DNA of 64,000 nucleotides from Escherichia coli (GCF_024298765.1 NZ_CP101210.1); one strand, 5' to 3'; shown: positions 39,227 to 52,636, counted from the first letter of the stretch. Program-made: numbers and translations. The notes: a model not told the origin generated them from the letters alone.

Positions 39227-40339
39227 TTACTTATTCGGTTTCTCGATTTCGCCAAGTTCTTCGAGAATTTCTTCCGGTTGGTCCGTCGGCGGCGGGACTT
39301 CTTCCACCCACGCGGCAAACAGACGCCAGGAAACGGCTAACAGAACCGGACCAATAAACAGACCGATCATCCCGAAAGCAATCAAACCACCAATAACGCC
39401 AGAGAGGATCAGGATCAGCGGTAAATCGGCACCCATGCGAATTAACATTGGGCGGATGACGTTATCCAGCGTGCCAACCACACCGCTCCACACTAACAAT
39501 ACCGTTCCCCAGGTGGTATCGCCGGTCCAGTAGAGCCAGATAATCGCCGGAATCAGTACCGGCAATGGGCCAAGCTGGACAAGGCAGGAGAGGATCATTA
39601 ACACCGTGAGCAACGTTGCATAAGGTACGCCGGATACGGCGAGGCCGATACCGCCAAGCACAGCCTGTACTAACGCCGTCACCACCACACCCAGCGCCAC
39701 CGCGCGGATAGCCTGTGCCGCCAGCAGTACGGCGGCATCTCCGCGAACGCCTGCCAGACGGGTTGCAAAATGGCGAATGCCTTGTGCCACCTGTTCACCG
39801 CGCCAGTACAGCAGGGCGCTGAAGAGAAGCATCAGCGCACAATGCACCATAAAGCGCCCGATATGCGCCGCCTGCCCAACGAACCAGGTGGTGGTGGTGC
39901 CAATATAAGGACGGACTTTCGCCATGATCGCCGTCCCCCCCATATCCAGCAAATTGTGCCAGCCTGCATATAGCTTCGCGCCAATCACCGGAATGGTATT
40001 AAGCCACGCCAGATCGGGTAACGTCATGTCACCACTGGAAATGGCTTTAATTAGCGGGCCGCTGCCGTCGACGATACTGTTAACCAGCAAAGCAATAGGG
40101 ATGATAAACACCATCACTAATAACAGCGTCATCACCAGAACGGCGAGAGAGCGGCGACCAAACATGATCTTTTGCAAACGTAACAATACCGGCCAGGTGG
40201 CGATAACCACTGTACCGGCCCATGCAAAGCCGAGAATAAAGGGTTGTACAATCCACAGACATGCCACAATCATGATGGCTAAAAACAGCACCGAAAGCAG
40301 AATTTGTGCGACATCCCTGGGCTGACGAACATTTACCAT
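39227..40339 (-). CDS. ydiK: AI-2E/UPF0118-family membrane transporter YdiK (370 aa)
   Basis: Polytopic membrane protein; matches YdiK. Confidence 0.88.
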   Translation of the reverse strand: MVNVRQPRDVAQILLSVLFLAIMIVACLWIVQPFILGFAWAGTVVIATWPVLLRLQKIMFGRRSLAVLVMTLLLVMVFIIPIALLVNSIVDGSGPLIKAISSGDMTLPDLAWLNTIPVIGAKLYAGWHNLLDMGGTAIMAKVRPYIGTTTTWFVGQAAHIGRFMVHCALMLLFSALLYWRGEQVAQGIRHFATRLAGVRGDAAVLLAAQAIRAVALGVVVTALVQAVLGGIGLAVSGVPYATLLTVLMILSCLVQLGPLPVLIPAIIWLYWTGDTTWGTVLLVWSGVVGTLDNVIRPMLIRMGADLPLILILSGVIGGLIAFGMIGLFIGPVLLAVSWRLFAAWVEEVPPPTDQPEEILEELGEIEKPNK

Positions 40340-40727
40340 AACTACTTTTCACCTTTTTTGTGCGTCAAATCGTCGACGCGACGTGAACACGCGAAACTCA
40401 CCTGCATAATGATGAGCAATTTCAGCGGTTTTTAACAGGCCGATTCTGCCCTTAATTCTGATGGGCGTGTTAGAAAAAAATGTGGTACAACAACTCAGGC
40501 AACACGCAAACGATTTACTCGTCGTATTTCAAGTTGCATATGCTGCGGCTACGTTCGTTCACCCCAGTTACTTACTGTTGTAAGCTCCTGGAGTTCACTC
40601 GCTTGCCGCCTTCCTGCAACACGAAATCCATAGAGTAAACAAACATCACCTTTCAGTGCGCTATTGCAGCCGCCTGAAAGAACAGTGTATCGACCTACAT
40701 CACAGACCGCAGGAAAGGGTCAATATA

Positions 40728-43700
40728 ATGATTCCACAGATTTCCCAGGCACCCGGCGTCGTTCAACTGGTGCTTAATTTTTTGCAAGAGCTGGAGCAAC
40801 AAGGTTTTACCGGCGATACGGCGACAAGTTATGCCGATCGTCTGACAATGTCGACCGACAACAGTATTTACCAACTTCTCCCCGATGCGGTGGTATTTCC
40901 GCGTTCAACCGCAGATGTGGCGCTTATAGCCCGTCTTGCCGCGCAGGAACGCTATTCATCGCTGATCTTTACCCCCCGCGGCGGCGGCACCGGCACTAAC
41001 GGTCAGGCGCTCAACCAGGGGATTATTGTTGATATGTCCCGCCATATGAACCGCATCATCGAAATTAACCCTGAAGAGGGCTGGGTGCGCGTTGAGGCCG
41101 GGGTGATAAAAGATCAACTCAATCAGTACCTGAAACCGTTCGGCTACTTTTTTGCGCCGGAACTTTCGACCAGCAACCGGGCAACGCTCGGTGGGATGAT
41201 CAATACCGATGCATCCGGTCAGGGATCGCTGGTCTATGGCAAAACGTCAGATCACGTACTTGGCGTACGCGCGGTGTTGTTGGGGGGCGATATTCTCGAT
41301 ACGCAACCTTTACCCGTCGAACTGGCGGAAACGCTGGGTAAATCCAATACCACAATCGGGCGAATTTATAACACGGTTTATCAACGTTGCCGTCAGCAAC
41401 GCCAGTTAATCATCGACAACTTCCCCAAGCTTAACCGCTTTCTTACCGGTTACGATCTGCGTCATGTCTTTAACGATGAGATGACCGAGTTCGACCTGAC
41501 GCGCATTCTGACGGGTTCAGAAGGGACGCTGGCCTTTATTACCGAAGCGCGACTGGATATTACGCGCTTGCCTAAAGTGCGCCGTCTGGTGAACGTCAAA
41601 TATGACTCTTTTGACTCCGCACTGCGTAACGCGCCGTTTATGGTTGAGGCGCGGGCGCTTTCGGTAGAGACGGTGGACTCAAAAGTGCTGAATCTGGCGC
41701 GGGAAGATATTGTCTGGCATTCCGTCAGCGAGTTGATTACCGATGTGCCAGACAAAGAGATGCTCGGGCTGAACATTGTGGAATTTGCTGGTGATGATGA
41801 GACGCTGATTGATGAGCGAGTAAATGCACTCTGTGCGCGGCTGGATGAACTTATCGCCAGTCAGCAAGCAGGTGTGATCGGCTGGCAGGTATGCAGTGAG
41901 CTGGCAGGTGTTGAGCGTATTTATGCGATGCGCAAAAAAGCTGTCGGCCTGCTTGGCAATGCCAAAGGTGCCGCTAAGCCAATTCCGTTTGCTGAGGATA
42001 CCTGCGTACCGCCGGAACATCTGGCCGATTATATTGCTGAATTTCGCGCGCTGCTCGACAGCCACGGCTTAAGCTACGGTATGTTTGGTCACGTCGATGC
42101 AGGTGTCTTGCACGTCCGTCCGGCACTGGATATGTGCGATCCGCAACAAGAGATTTTGATGAAGCAAATCTCTGATGATGTAGTGGCGCTTACCGCGAAA
42201 TACGGTGGTTTGTTGTGGGGCGAACACGGCAAAGGTTTTCGTGCCGAATACAGCCCGGCGTTTTTCGGTGAGGAACTTTTTGCAGAACTGCGTAAAGTGA
42301 AAGCGGCATTTGACCCGCATAACCGACTCAACCCAGGGAAGATTTGCCCGCCAGAAGGTCTCGATGCACCGATGATGAAAGTGGACGCGGTGAAGCGCGG
42401 TACATTCGACCGGCAGATCCCCATTGCGGTACGCCAGCAGTGGCGCGGTGCGATGGAGTGTAACGGTAACGGTTTATGCTTCAACTTTGATGCCCGCAGT
42501 CCGATGTGCCCGTCGATGAAGATTACCCAGAACCGGATTCATTCACCGAAAGGACGCGCAACGCTGGTGCGTGAGTGGCTGCGTTTGTTGGCAGATCGCG
42601 GCGTTGACCCACTCAAACTGGAACAAGAACTGCCTGAATCCGGCGTCAGTTTGCGGACGTTAATTGCCCGCACGCGCAATAGCTGGCATGCGAATAAAGG
42701 CGAATATGACTTCTCACACGAAGTCAAAGAGGCGATGTCGGGCTGTCTGGCCTGTAAAGCGTGTTCGACCCAGTGCCCCATCAAAATTGATGTGCCGGAG
42801 TTTCGCTCTCGTTTTCTGCAGCTCTATCACACCCGTTATTTACGCCCGCTTCGCGACCACCTCGTTGCTACGGTCGAGAGCTACGCACCGCTGATGGCAC
42901 GCGCGCCGAAAACCTTTAACTTCTTCATTAACCAGCCGCTGGTGCGCAAACTCTCGGAAAAACATATCGGCATGGTTGATTTGCCACTGCTGTCAGTCCC
43001 CTCGCTACAACAACAAATGGTGGGGCATCGCTCGGCGAATATGACGCTGGAACAGCTTGAAGCTCTCAATGCAGAGCAGAAAGCGCGCACGGTGTTGGTG
43101 GTGCAAGACCCCTTTACCAGCTATTACGATGCGCAAGTGGTGGCGGATTTTGTCCGTCTGGTCGAAAAATTAGGTTTCCAGCCTGTGCTACTGCCATTTT
43201 CGCCAAATGGCAAAGCCCAGCATATCAAAGGCTTTCTTAATCGTTTTGCGAAGACGGCGAAAAAGACGGCGGATTTCCTCAACCGTGTGGCGAAGCTGGG
43301 GATGCCAATGGTGGGCGTCGATCCGGCGCTGGTACTTTGTTATCGCGATGAATATAAACTGGCTCTGGGCGAGGAGCGTGGCGAGTTTAACGTCTTACTG
43401 GCGAATGAATGGCTGGCAAGCGCACTTGACTCACAGCCAGTGGCTACAGTCAGCGGTGAATCATGGTATTTCTTTGGTCACTGTACCGAAGTTACCGCTT
43501 TGCCGGGCGCGCCAGCACAATGGGCTGCGATATTTGCCCGTTTTGGCGCGAAACTGGAAAATGTCAGCGTGGGGTGCTGCGGCATGGCAGGGACTTACGG
43601 ACATGAAGCGAAAAACCATAAAAATTCGCTCGGGATCTATGAGTTATCCTGGCATCAGGCGATGCAGCGACTGCCGCGTAATCGCTGTCTGGCGACCGGA

Positions 43701-43784
43701 TATTCCTGCCGTAGCCAGGTAAAACGGGTCGAAGGCACGGGGGTACGCCATCCTGTGCAGGCTTTACTGGAGATTATTAAATGA
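40728..43784 (+). CDS. ydiJ: FAD-linked oxidoreductase YdiJ with C-terminal Fe-S/CCG domains (1018 aa)
   Basis: MIPQISQAPGVVQLVLNFLQELEQQGFTGD...; FAD-binding PCMH-type domain, Cys clusters (CLACKACSTQC); start at internal ATG 40728. Confidence 0.9.
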   Translation: MIPQISQAPGVVQLVLNFLQELEQQGFTGDTATSYADRLTMSTDNSIYQLLPDAVVFPRSTADVALIARLAAQERYSSLIFTPRGGGTGTNGQALNQGIIVDMSRHMNRIIEINPEEGWVRVEAGVIKDQLNQYLKPFGYFFAPELSTSNRATLGGMINTDASGQGSLVYGKTSDHVLGVRAVLLGGDILDTQPLPVELAETLGKSNTTIGRIYNTVYQRCRQQRQLIIDNFPKLNRFLTGYDLRHVFNDEMTEFDLTRILTGSEGTLAFITEARLDITRLPKVRRLVNVKYDSFDSALRNAPFMVEARALSVETVDSKVLNLAREDIVWHSVSELITDVPDKEMLGLNIVEFAGDDETLIDERVNALCARLDELIASQQAGVIGWQVCSELAGVERIYAMRKKAVGLLGNAKGAAKPIPFAEDTCVPPEHLADYIAEFRALLDSHGLSYGMFGHVDAGVLHVRPALDMCDPQQEILMKQISDDVVALTAKYGGLLWGEHGKGFRAEYSPAFFGEELFAELRKVKAAFDPHNRLNPGKICPPEGLDAPMMKVDAVKRGTFDRQIPIAVRQQWRGAMECNGNGLCFNFDARSPMCPSMKITQNRIHSPKGRATLVREWLRLLADRGVDPLKLEQELPESGVSLRTLIARTRNSWHANKGEYDFSHEVKEAMSGCLACKACSTQCPIKIDVPEFRSRFLQLYHTRYLRPLRDHLVATVESYAPLMARAPKTFNFFINQPLVRKLSEKHIGMVDLPLLSVPSLQQQMVGHRSANMTLEQLEALNAEQKARTVLVVQDPFTSYYDAQVVADFVRLVEKLGFQPVLLPFSPNGKAQHIKGFLNRFAKTAKKTADFLNRVAKLGMPMVGVDPALVLCYRDEYKLALGEERGEFNVLLANEWLASALDSQPVATVSGESWYFFGHCTEVTALPGAPAQWAAIFARFGAKLENVSVGCCGMAGTYGHEAKNHKNSLGIYELSWHQAMQRLPRNRCLATGYSCRSQVKRVEGTGVRHPVQALLEIIK

Positions 43785-44191
43785 TATGGAAACGAAAAAT
43801 CACCCTGGAAGCACTGAATGCCATGGGTGAAGGAAACATGGTGGGGTTGCTGGATATTCGCTTTGAACATATTGGTGATGACACCCTTGAAGCGACAATG
43901 CCAGTAGACTCGCGGACAAAGCAGCCTTTCGGGTTGCTGCATGGAGGGGCATCCGTGGTACTGGCCGAAAGTATCGGTTCCGTTGCCGGTTATTTATGTA
44001 CCGAAGGTGAGCAAAAGGTGGTTGGTCTGGAAATCAATGCTAACCACGTCCGCTCGGCACGAGAAGGGCGGGTGCGCGGCGTATGCAAACCGTTGCATCT
44101 CGGTTCGCGTCACCAGGTCTGGCAGATTGAAATCTTCGATGAGAAAGGGCGTTTGTGCTGTTCGTCACGATTAACGACCGCCATTTTGTGA
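43781..44191 (+). CDS. menI: 1,4-dihydroxy-2-naphthoyl-CoA hydrolase (hotdog thioesterase), 136 aa
   Basis: MIWKRKITLEALNAMGEGNMVGLLDIRFEHIGDDTLEATMPVDSRTKQPFGLLHGGASVVLAESIGS... matches MenI/YdiI; ATGA overlap with the ydiJ stop. Confidence 0.92.
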   Translation: MIWKRKITLEALNAMGEGNMVGLLDIRFEHIGDDTLEATMPVDSRTKQPFGLLHGGASVVLAESIGSVAGYLCTEGEQKVVGLEINANHVRSAREGRVRGVCKPLHLGSRHQVWQIEIFDEKGRLCCSSRLTTAIL

Positions 44192-44290
44192 CGTTGTCAC
44201 CAGAAAAGTGTGACGCATATTGCTTTTGGTCATTATCTGCACAGTAAACGGTGGTATACTGTGCAGGTCTTGTCTAAAAGCGAGGATGCT

Positions 44291-44479
44291 ATGTCTACTC
44301 AACTTGATCCCACCCAGCTGGCCATTGAATTTTTACGCCGTGACCAGAGCAATCTTTCACCTGCCCAATATCTCAAACGTCTGAAACAACTAGAACTTGA
44401 ATTTGCTGACCTGCTTACTCTCTCTTCTGCTGAATTAAAAGAAGAAATCTACTTTGCCTGGCGTCTGGGCGTGCATTGA
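44291..44479 (+). CDS. ydiH: Small uncharacterized protein YdiH (62 aa)
   Basis: MSTQLDPTQLAIEFLRRDQSNLSPAQYLKRLKQLELEFADLLTLSSAELKEEIYFAWRLGVH; start taken at the internal ATG. Confidence 0.7.
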   Translation: MSTQLDPTQLAIEFLRRDQSNLSPAQYLKRLKQLELEFADLLTLSSAELKEEIYFAWRLGVH

Positions 44480-44702
44480 TCCTGACTTAATGCCGCAATT
44501 TTGCCAAATCGACCTGGATTAACCTCCGTCCAGGTTCGATGACCTTCTTAATACTGCTTATCTATCCGCCTGATATTGTTCAAAAATAATACTAATCGCA
44601 GTTTGTGTTAAAACGGCGGGTTAGCTTTATGAGATTATTCTTATCGCCCCTTCAAGAGCTAAGCCACTGAGAGTGCCGGAGATAAGCGCCGGATGGGGTA
44701 GA

Positions 44703-44750
44703 AACCCTTAAGCCTGTGTCGCACAGACTTAAGGGTTTTCTTATTTCTGA
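44703..44750 (+). terminator. Strong Rho-independent terminator; possibly the 3' end of the RydB sRNA
   Basis: Long hairpin AACCCTTAAGcctgtgtcgcacagaCTTAAGGGTT followed by TTCTTATTTCT; the ydiH-sufA intergenic region is where RydB maps in E. coli, but I cannot recall the RydB sequence well enough to confirm. Confidence 0.4.
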
Positions 44751-44832
44751 ACGCTGCACTTTTTTACCTATCTCTTAAATAGTCATTTTCAATACAACTT
44801 TTTCTTTTTCATCACAGCCTTAATGCTCCTTA

Positions 44833-44848
44833 GATAATAATCATTATC
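44833..44848. promoter_or_regulatory. Fur-box-like palindrome in the suf promoter region (distal)
   Basis: GATAATAATCATTATC, a near-perfect match to the GATAATGATAATCATTATC Fur consensus. Confidence 0.5.
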
Positions 44849-44968
44849 TAACAATGAGATACCTAATTCTTAGCGTGCCTGTTAACCCACACATCAGGGT
44901 CTATGCTTATTAAAAGCAGGAAAAAAGCATGTTTTACGGTAAAGCCCCTGCGTTTGCTGGGTTGAACT

Positions 44969-44981
44969 GATAATCATTATC
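44969..44981. promoter_or_regulatory. Fur box in the suf promoter (proximal)
   Basis: GATAATCATTATC about 50 nt upstream of the sufA ATG; the suf operon is known to be Fur-repressed. Confidence 0.6.
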
Positions 44982-45027
44982 ACTAACATGCTGTTTTACG
45001 CTGAAAGCGATGAAGTGAGGTAAATCG

Positions 45028-45396
45028 ATGGACATGCATTCAGGAACCTTTAATCCACAGGATTTCGCCTGGCAGGGCTTAACGCTGACACCCGCAGCCG
45101 CTGTCCACATCCGCGAGCTGGTGGCAAAGCAGCCGGGTATGGTCGGCGTGCGCTTAGGCGTGAAGCAAACGGGCTGCGCGGGCTTTGGCTATGTGCTCGA
45201 CAGTGTTAGCGAGCCGGACAAAGACGATCTGCTGTTTGAACACGACGGCGCGAAGCTGTTTGTCCCGCTGCAAGCGATGCCGTTTATTGATGGCACGGAA
45301 GTCGATTTCGTTCGTGAAGGACTTAATCAGATATTCAAATTTCACAACCCTAAAGCCCAGAATGAATGTGGCTGTGGCGAAAGCTTTGGGGTATAG
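45028..45396 (+). CDS. sufA: Fe-S cluster A-type carrier SufA (122 aa)
   Basis: C-terminal CGCGESF motif; matches SufA. Confidence 0.95.
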   Translation: MDMHSGTFNPQDFAWQGLTLTPAAAVHIRELVAKQPGMVGVRLGVKQTGCAGFGYVLDSVSEPDKDDLLFEHDGAKLFVPLQAMPFIDGTEVDFVREGLNQIFKFHNPKAQNECGCGESFGV

Positions 45397-45404
45397 GCGG
45401 TACT

Positions 45405-46190
45405 ATGTCTCGTAATACTGAAGCAACTGACGATGTCAAAACCTGGACCGGCGGCCCGCTGAATTATAAAGAAGGATTCTTCACCCAGTTAGCCACCGAT
45501 GAGCTGGCAAAGGGGATAAACGAAGAGGTGGTGCGCGCAATTTCGGCGAAGCGTAATGAGCCGGAGTGGATGCTGGAGTTTCGTCTCAACGCCTATCACG
45601 CATGGCTGGAGATGGAAGAACCGCACTGGTTGAAAGCGCACTACGACAAGCTGAATTATCAGGATTACAGCTACTACTCGGCACCATCGTGCGGTAATTG
45701 TGACGACAACTGCGCGTCTGAACCCGGCGCGGTGCAGCAAACTGGCGCGAACGCCTTTTTAAGTAAAGAGGTGGAGGCGGCGTTTGAGCAGTTGGGCGTT
45801 CCCGTGCGGGAAGGCAAAGAGGTGGCAGTGGATGCCATTTTCGACTCTGTTTCGGTTGCCACTACTTATCGCGAAAAACTGGCGGAGCAGGGAATTATTT
45901 TTTGTTCCTTTGGCGAGGCGATCCACGATCACCCGGAACTGGTGCGTAAATATCTCGGCACCGTGGTGCCGGAGAATGACAACTTCTTTGCCGCACTTAA
46001 TGCGGCGGTAGCCTCTGACGGTACGTTTATTTATGTGCCTAAAGGCGTGCGTTGCCCGATGGAACTTTCCACCTATTTTCGCATTAACGCGGAAAAAACC
46101 GGGCAGTTTGAGCGCACCATTCTGGTGGCCGACGAAGACAGCTATGTCAGCTACATTGAAGGCTGTTCCGCTCCGGTGCGTGACAGCTAT
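45405..46190 (+). pseudogene. sufB: sufB 5' fragment (codons 1 to about 262 of about 495)
   Basis: N-terminal SufB sequence only; the C-terminal part that forms the SufBC2D scaffold is missing. Confidence 0.8.
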
Positions 46191-46640
46191 CATAATGGCG
46201 AATACCTCATTCATGGCACCAGTGCGCCGGACAGCGTCGGTTTGCGCGTCAGTTCGGGCTGTATTCGCATGAATGCACCGGATATTAAAGCTTTATTCTC
46301 CAGCGTGCGGACGGGAACACCGGTGAAAGTGATCAACGAACCGGTGAAATATTCCGTGGAACCTAACGGGATGCGTTATGTTGAAGTACATCGACCACTA
46401 TCGGCAGAAGAACAGCAGAACGTTCAGACAATGCCGTACACGCTGCCAGCAGGCTTTACGCAATTTAAAGACAATAAGGCTGTAGATCAGAAGTTAGTCG
46501 ATAAAGCGTTGTATCGTCGGGCAGGGTATCCGGTTGCGGTGAGCAGTGGAGCAACTCCCGCAGCCAGCAATGCGCCTTCAGTAGAGTCAGCGCAGAATGG
46601 GGAACCAGAGCAAGGGAATGTGTTACGCGCGACGCAGTAG
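45405..46640 (+). CDS. In-frame chimeric ORF: SufB N-terminal ~262 aa fused to the C-terminal ~149 aa of an L,D-transpeptidase (LdtE/YnhG-like YkuD domain); deletion remnant
   Basis: Translation follows SufB ([26 protein letters not shown]...[13 protein letters not shown]) then switches to an L,D-transpeptidase catalytic motif ([36 protein letters not shown]) and runs to a stop 60 nt before the convergent lpp; no sufC/D/S/E ORFs exist between sufA and lpp. Confidence 0.85.
   Translation: MSRNTEATDDVKTWTGGPLNYKEGFFTQLATDELAKGINEEVVRAISAKRNEPEWMLEFRLNAYHAWLEMEEPHWLKAHYDKLNYQDYSYYSAPSCGNCDDNCASEPGAVQQTGANAFLSKEVEAAFEQLGVPVREGKEVAVDAIFDSVSVATTYREKLAEQGIIFCSFGEAIHDHPELVRKYLGTVVPENDNFFAALNAAVASDGTFIYVPKGVRCPMELSTYFRINAEKTGQFERTILVADEDSYVSYIEGCSAPVRDSYHNGEYLIHGTSAPDSVGLRVSSGCIRMNAPDIKALFSSVRTGTPVKVINEPVKYSVEPNGMRYVEVHRPLSAEEQQNVQTMPYTLPAGFTQFKDNKAVDQKLVDKALYRRAGYPVAVSSGATPAASNAPSVESAQNGEPEQGNVLRATQ
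46191..46640 (+). pseudogene. ldtE: ldtE (ynhG) 3' fragment: YkuD catalytic domain without signal peptide or LysM domain
   Basis: L,D-transpeptidase motif HGT...SSGCIRM with a C-terminal tail; sits immediately before lpp, where ldtE lies in E. coli. Confidence 0.75.
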
Positions 46641-46655
46641 CGGTAAATAGCAGGC

Positions 46656-46686
46656 AAAAAAATGGCGCACAATGTGCGCCATTTTT
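46656..46686. terminator. Bidirectional Rho-independent terminator (lpp terminator; also ends the suf/ldtE transcript)
   Basis: AAAAAAA-TGGCGCAC-aa-TGTGCGCCA-TTTTT. Confidence 0.8.
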
Positions 46687-46702
46687 CACTTCACAGGTAC
46701 TA

Positions 46703-46951
<249 letters not shown>

Positions 46952-47192
46952 CTAGATTGAGTTAATCTCCATGTAGCGTTACAAGTATTACACAAAGTTT
47001 TTTATGTTGAGAATATTTTTTTGATGGGAAGGCACTTATTTTTGATCGTTCGCTCAAAGAAGCATCGAACGCTGGGTTTTAGATAAAAAAATTGAGAGAA
47101 AACAGGATGCTTCCATCGGATTCATCTTAGATAAAGTGAGATTATATAGTGAAATCCGATTTGATTTTTTATTGCTTCTGGTTATCGATTAA

Positions 47193-47219
47193 ATAAAAAA
47201 AGCGCCCATCAGGGCGCTT
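47193..47219 (-). terminator. Rho-independent terminator after pykF
   Basis: Minus strand reads AAGCGCCCTGATGGGCGCTTTTTTTATTT. Confidence 0.7.
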
Positions 47220-47249
47220 CGATATACAAATTAATTCACAAAAGCAATA

Positions 47250-48662
47250 TTACAGGACGTGAACAGATGCGGTGTTAGTAGTGCCGCTCGGTACCAGTGC
47301 ACCAGAAACCATAACTACGACATCACCTTTGTGTGCCAGACCGCTCTGCAGAGCCAGTTCTTTACCCAGACGGTAGAAGTCATCAGTAGAAGTGATCTCT
47401 TTAACCAGCTGCGGCACAACGCCTTTGCTCAGTACTAACTGGTGAGCTGTTTTTTCGTTGGTGGTCAGTGCCAGGATGGTGGCATCCGGGAAGTATTTAC
47501 GTACTGCGCGAGCAGATTTACCGCCCTGAGTAGCAACCACGATCAGTGGAGCATCCAGTTTTTCAGCAGTTTCAACGGCACCACGGCATACCGCTTCGGT
47601 AATACGCAGTTTACGGTTGTCATTGTTGAACTCGAGACGGCTGTTCATCACGCGGTCTGTACGTTCGCAGATGGTCGCCATGATAGAAACCGCTTCCAGC
47701 GGGTATTTACCTTTTGCGGATTCACCAGACAGCATCACTGCGTCAGTACCGTCGAGGATGGCGTTTGCAACGTCACCGGCTTCTGCGCGAGTCGGGCGTG
47801 GGTTTTTGATCATGGAATCCAGCATCTGGGTCGCAGTGATAACAACTTTACGTGCACGGATACATTTTTCGATCATCATCTTCTGGGCGAAGATAACTTC
47901 TTCTACCGGGATTTCTACACCCAGGTCGCCACGCGCAACCATGATGCCGTCAGAGGCTTCGAGGATTTCGTCGAAGTTGTTGAGGCCTTCCTGGTTTTCG
48001 ATTTTGGAGATGATGTGGATGTTTTCGCCGCCGTGCGCTTTCAGGTGCTCACGGATTTCGATAACGTCAGAACGCTTACGAATAAAGGAAGCAGCAACAA
48101 AGTCTACGCCTTGTTCGCAACCAAAGATCAGGTCCTGTTTGTCTTTTTCAGCCAGTGCTGGCAGGGCAATGGAAACGCCAGGCAGGTTCACACCTTTGTT
48201 TTCGCCCAGGTCGCCGTTGTTCAGCACTTTACAGATAACTTTGTTACCTTCAATAGCGGTAACTTCCATACCGATCAGACCGTCGTCAACCAGTACGGTG
48301 TTGCCAACAGACAGGTCAGTAGTGAAACCTTCATACGTTACCGCAACCATTTCGCTGTTGCCGATAACAGATTTATCAGTAGTGAAAGTAAAGGTCTGAC
48401 CCGCTTTCAGAGAAACGTCGTTACCGCCTTCCAGTTTCATGGTGCGGATTTCCGGACCTTTGGTATCAAGCAGGATAGCGGCGGTTTTACCAGTTTTGCT
48501 CATCACGTTGCGCAGATTCTGAATGCGCTGACCGTGTTCTGCATAGTCACCATGAGAGAAGTTCAGACGCATAACGTTCATGCCAGCGTCCAGCATTTTA
48601 GCTAACATCTCTTCAGATTCGGTTTTCGGTCCGATGGTGCAAACAATTTTGGTCTTTTTCAT
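47250..48662 (-). CDS. pykF: Pyruvate kinase I (470 aa)
   Basis: [47 protein letters not shown]... matches PykF; the supplied ORF has a 72-aa spurious 5' extension. Confidence 0.96.
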
Positions 48663-49218
48663 GACAGTCTTAGTCTTTAAGTTGAGAAGGATGGGAGAAA
48701 CTTGCTTTCTGGGCGCACTGCCGGAAAGCGAATCCGGTATTACGAAAGTGGTGGTGCCTCGCTCTAAGGATAGGTGACATCGAAAAAGCGTGCAGAGGAA
48801 TGTGTGCTTGTGTCTCAGCCCAACGTGAGTGCCTGTTTTTGAGTCGTTGAGTTCTACAGTCCAAAGTGCTGAAACCATTCAAGAGTCAATTGGCGCGCAT
48901 TATACGCTGAAATTAATCCAAAAGGAAAACAAAAACAGCGTTTCAAAAAATATACAACTTGTTAGACAATAAATTGTTATCAAAGATTTAACGTTCCAGG
49001 GAAAAGGTTACGCAAAAACTTCACTGTTTGCGCAACGTCTGGTGCCGGGGTTGTCAGTGTGAGGATAAGTGAAAGTTCATCCGGTGTATAAATACATCAT
49101 CGCTCAATTGCTACAGTTAAAATAATTTATCACGTTATTTGTCTGATTTTGTTTGATTTTTGTTTAATTGGTTAGATTGATATATGCTGATAGTTGGCAT
49201 GATAAATAGGTATAAAGA

Positions 49219-49428
49219 ATGGGAAACCGGACAAAAGAGGATGAACTGTACCGAGAAATGTGCAGAGTTGTCGGTAAAGTTGTGCTGGAAATGCGCGATC
49301 TGGGGCAGGAACCAAAGCATATTGTTATCGCAGGCGTATTACGTACAGCATTAGCCAATAAACGCATTCAGCGCAGTGAGCTGGAAAAGCAGGCGATGGA
49401 AACAGTCATTAACGCACTGGTAAAATGA
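49219..49428 (+). CDS. fumD: Small protein YdhZ (fumarase D), 69 aa
   Basis: 69-aa ORF MGNRTKEDELYREMCRVVGKVVLEMRDLGQEPKHIVIAGVLRTALANKRIQRSELEKQAMETVINALVK matches YdhZ. Confidence 0.82.
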   Translation: MGNRTKEDELYREMCRVVGKVVLEMRDLGQEPKHIVIAGVLRTALANKRIQRSELEKQAMETVINALVK

Positions 49429-49668
49429 CCATTCAGGATGAGGCGGTAAGCTTCATCCTGATATTGTTAGTTCAGTTGCGGTCCAGTTAATCATTCTAAA
49501 TAACAACTGCTGAAATTATACGAATTTCGGTGTATATTTTAATTTATAGCGATAAAGTTATTTTTATTTTCTGCGATGAACTTCACAAATAATTGTCGGT
49601 TAAGTTAAATTTATTTCAAATGATAATAAATATCAGTTCACTTATAATTTCTTGCTTTGTGATTTTAA

Positions 49669-49682
49669 TTGATAACGATCAA
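49669..49682. promoter_or_regulatory. FNR-consensus palindrome upstream of ydhY
   Basis: TTGATaacgATCAA, a perfect match to TTGAT-N4-ATCAA, about 200 nt upstream of ydhY in an AT-rich spacer. Confidence 0.55.
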
Positions 49683-49883
49683 TGTTAAGAGCCCAGAATA
49701 ATCACATTATTTTTTCTCCTAACCATAAAGGATTAGTTTATCAGCGTTAAATCTTTTCTCATACACTATCGGGTTAGGGAAAATATCTGGTGTTGAGGAC
49801 AGCGTCAGCAGCGTATTAGTTGAGTGCCTAATATCAGGCTGCTGAATTGTCAGCACTGTGTTTGCGAAGAGGATGCGAAATAA

Positions 49884-52633
<2,750 letters not shown>

Positions 52634-52636
52634 GGA

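Noticed and set aside
40656-40727. 5' extensions of supplied ORFs (ydiJ 1042 aa, pykF 542 aa, ydhV 728 aa, ydiQ 287 aa, ydiO 401 aa)
   Set aside because: Upstream in-frame ATGs lack Shine-Dalgarno sequences and would overlap neighbouring genes; internal starts with good RBS give the canonical protein lengths.
43655-43942. Other short ORFs in the track (mostly 60-200 aa) overlapping annotated genes in alternative frames
   Set aside because: All are nested within or antisense to confidently identified genes and lack start-site context; treated as frame noise.
47442-48605. 387-aa and 260-aa ORFs antisense to pykF
   Set aside because: Antisense to pyruvate kinase; low-complexity translation with no recognisable family.
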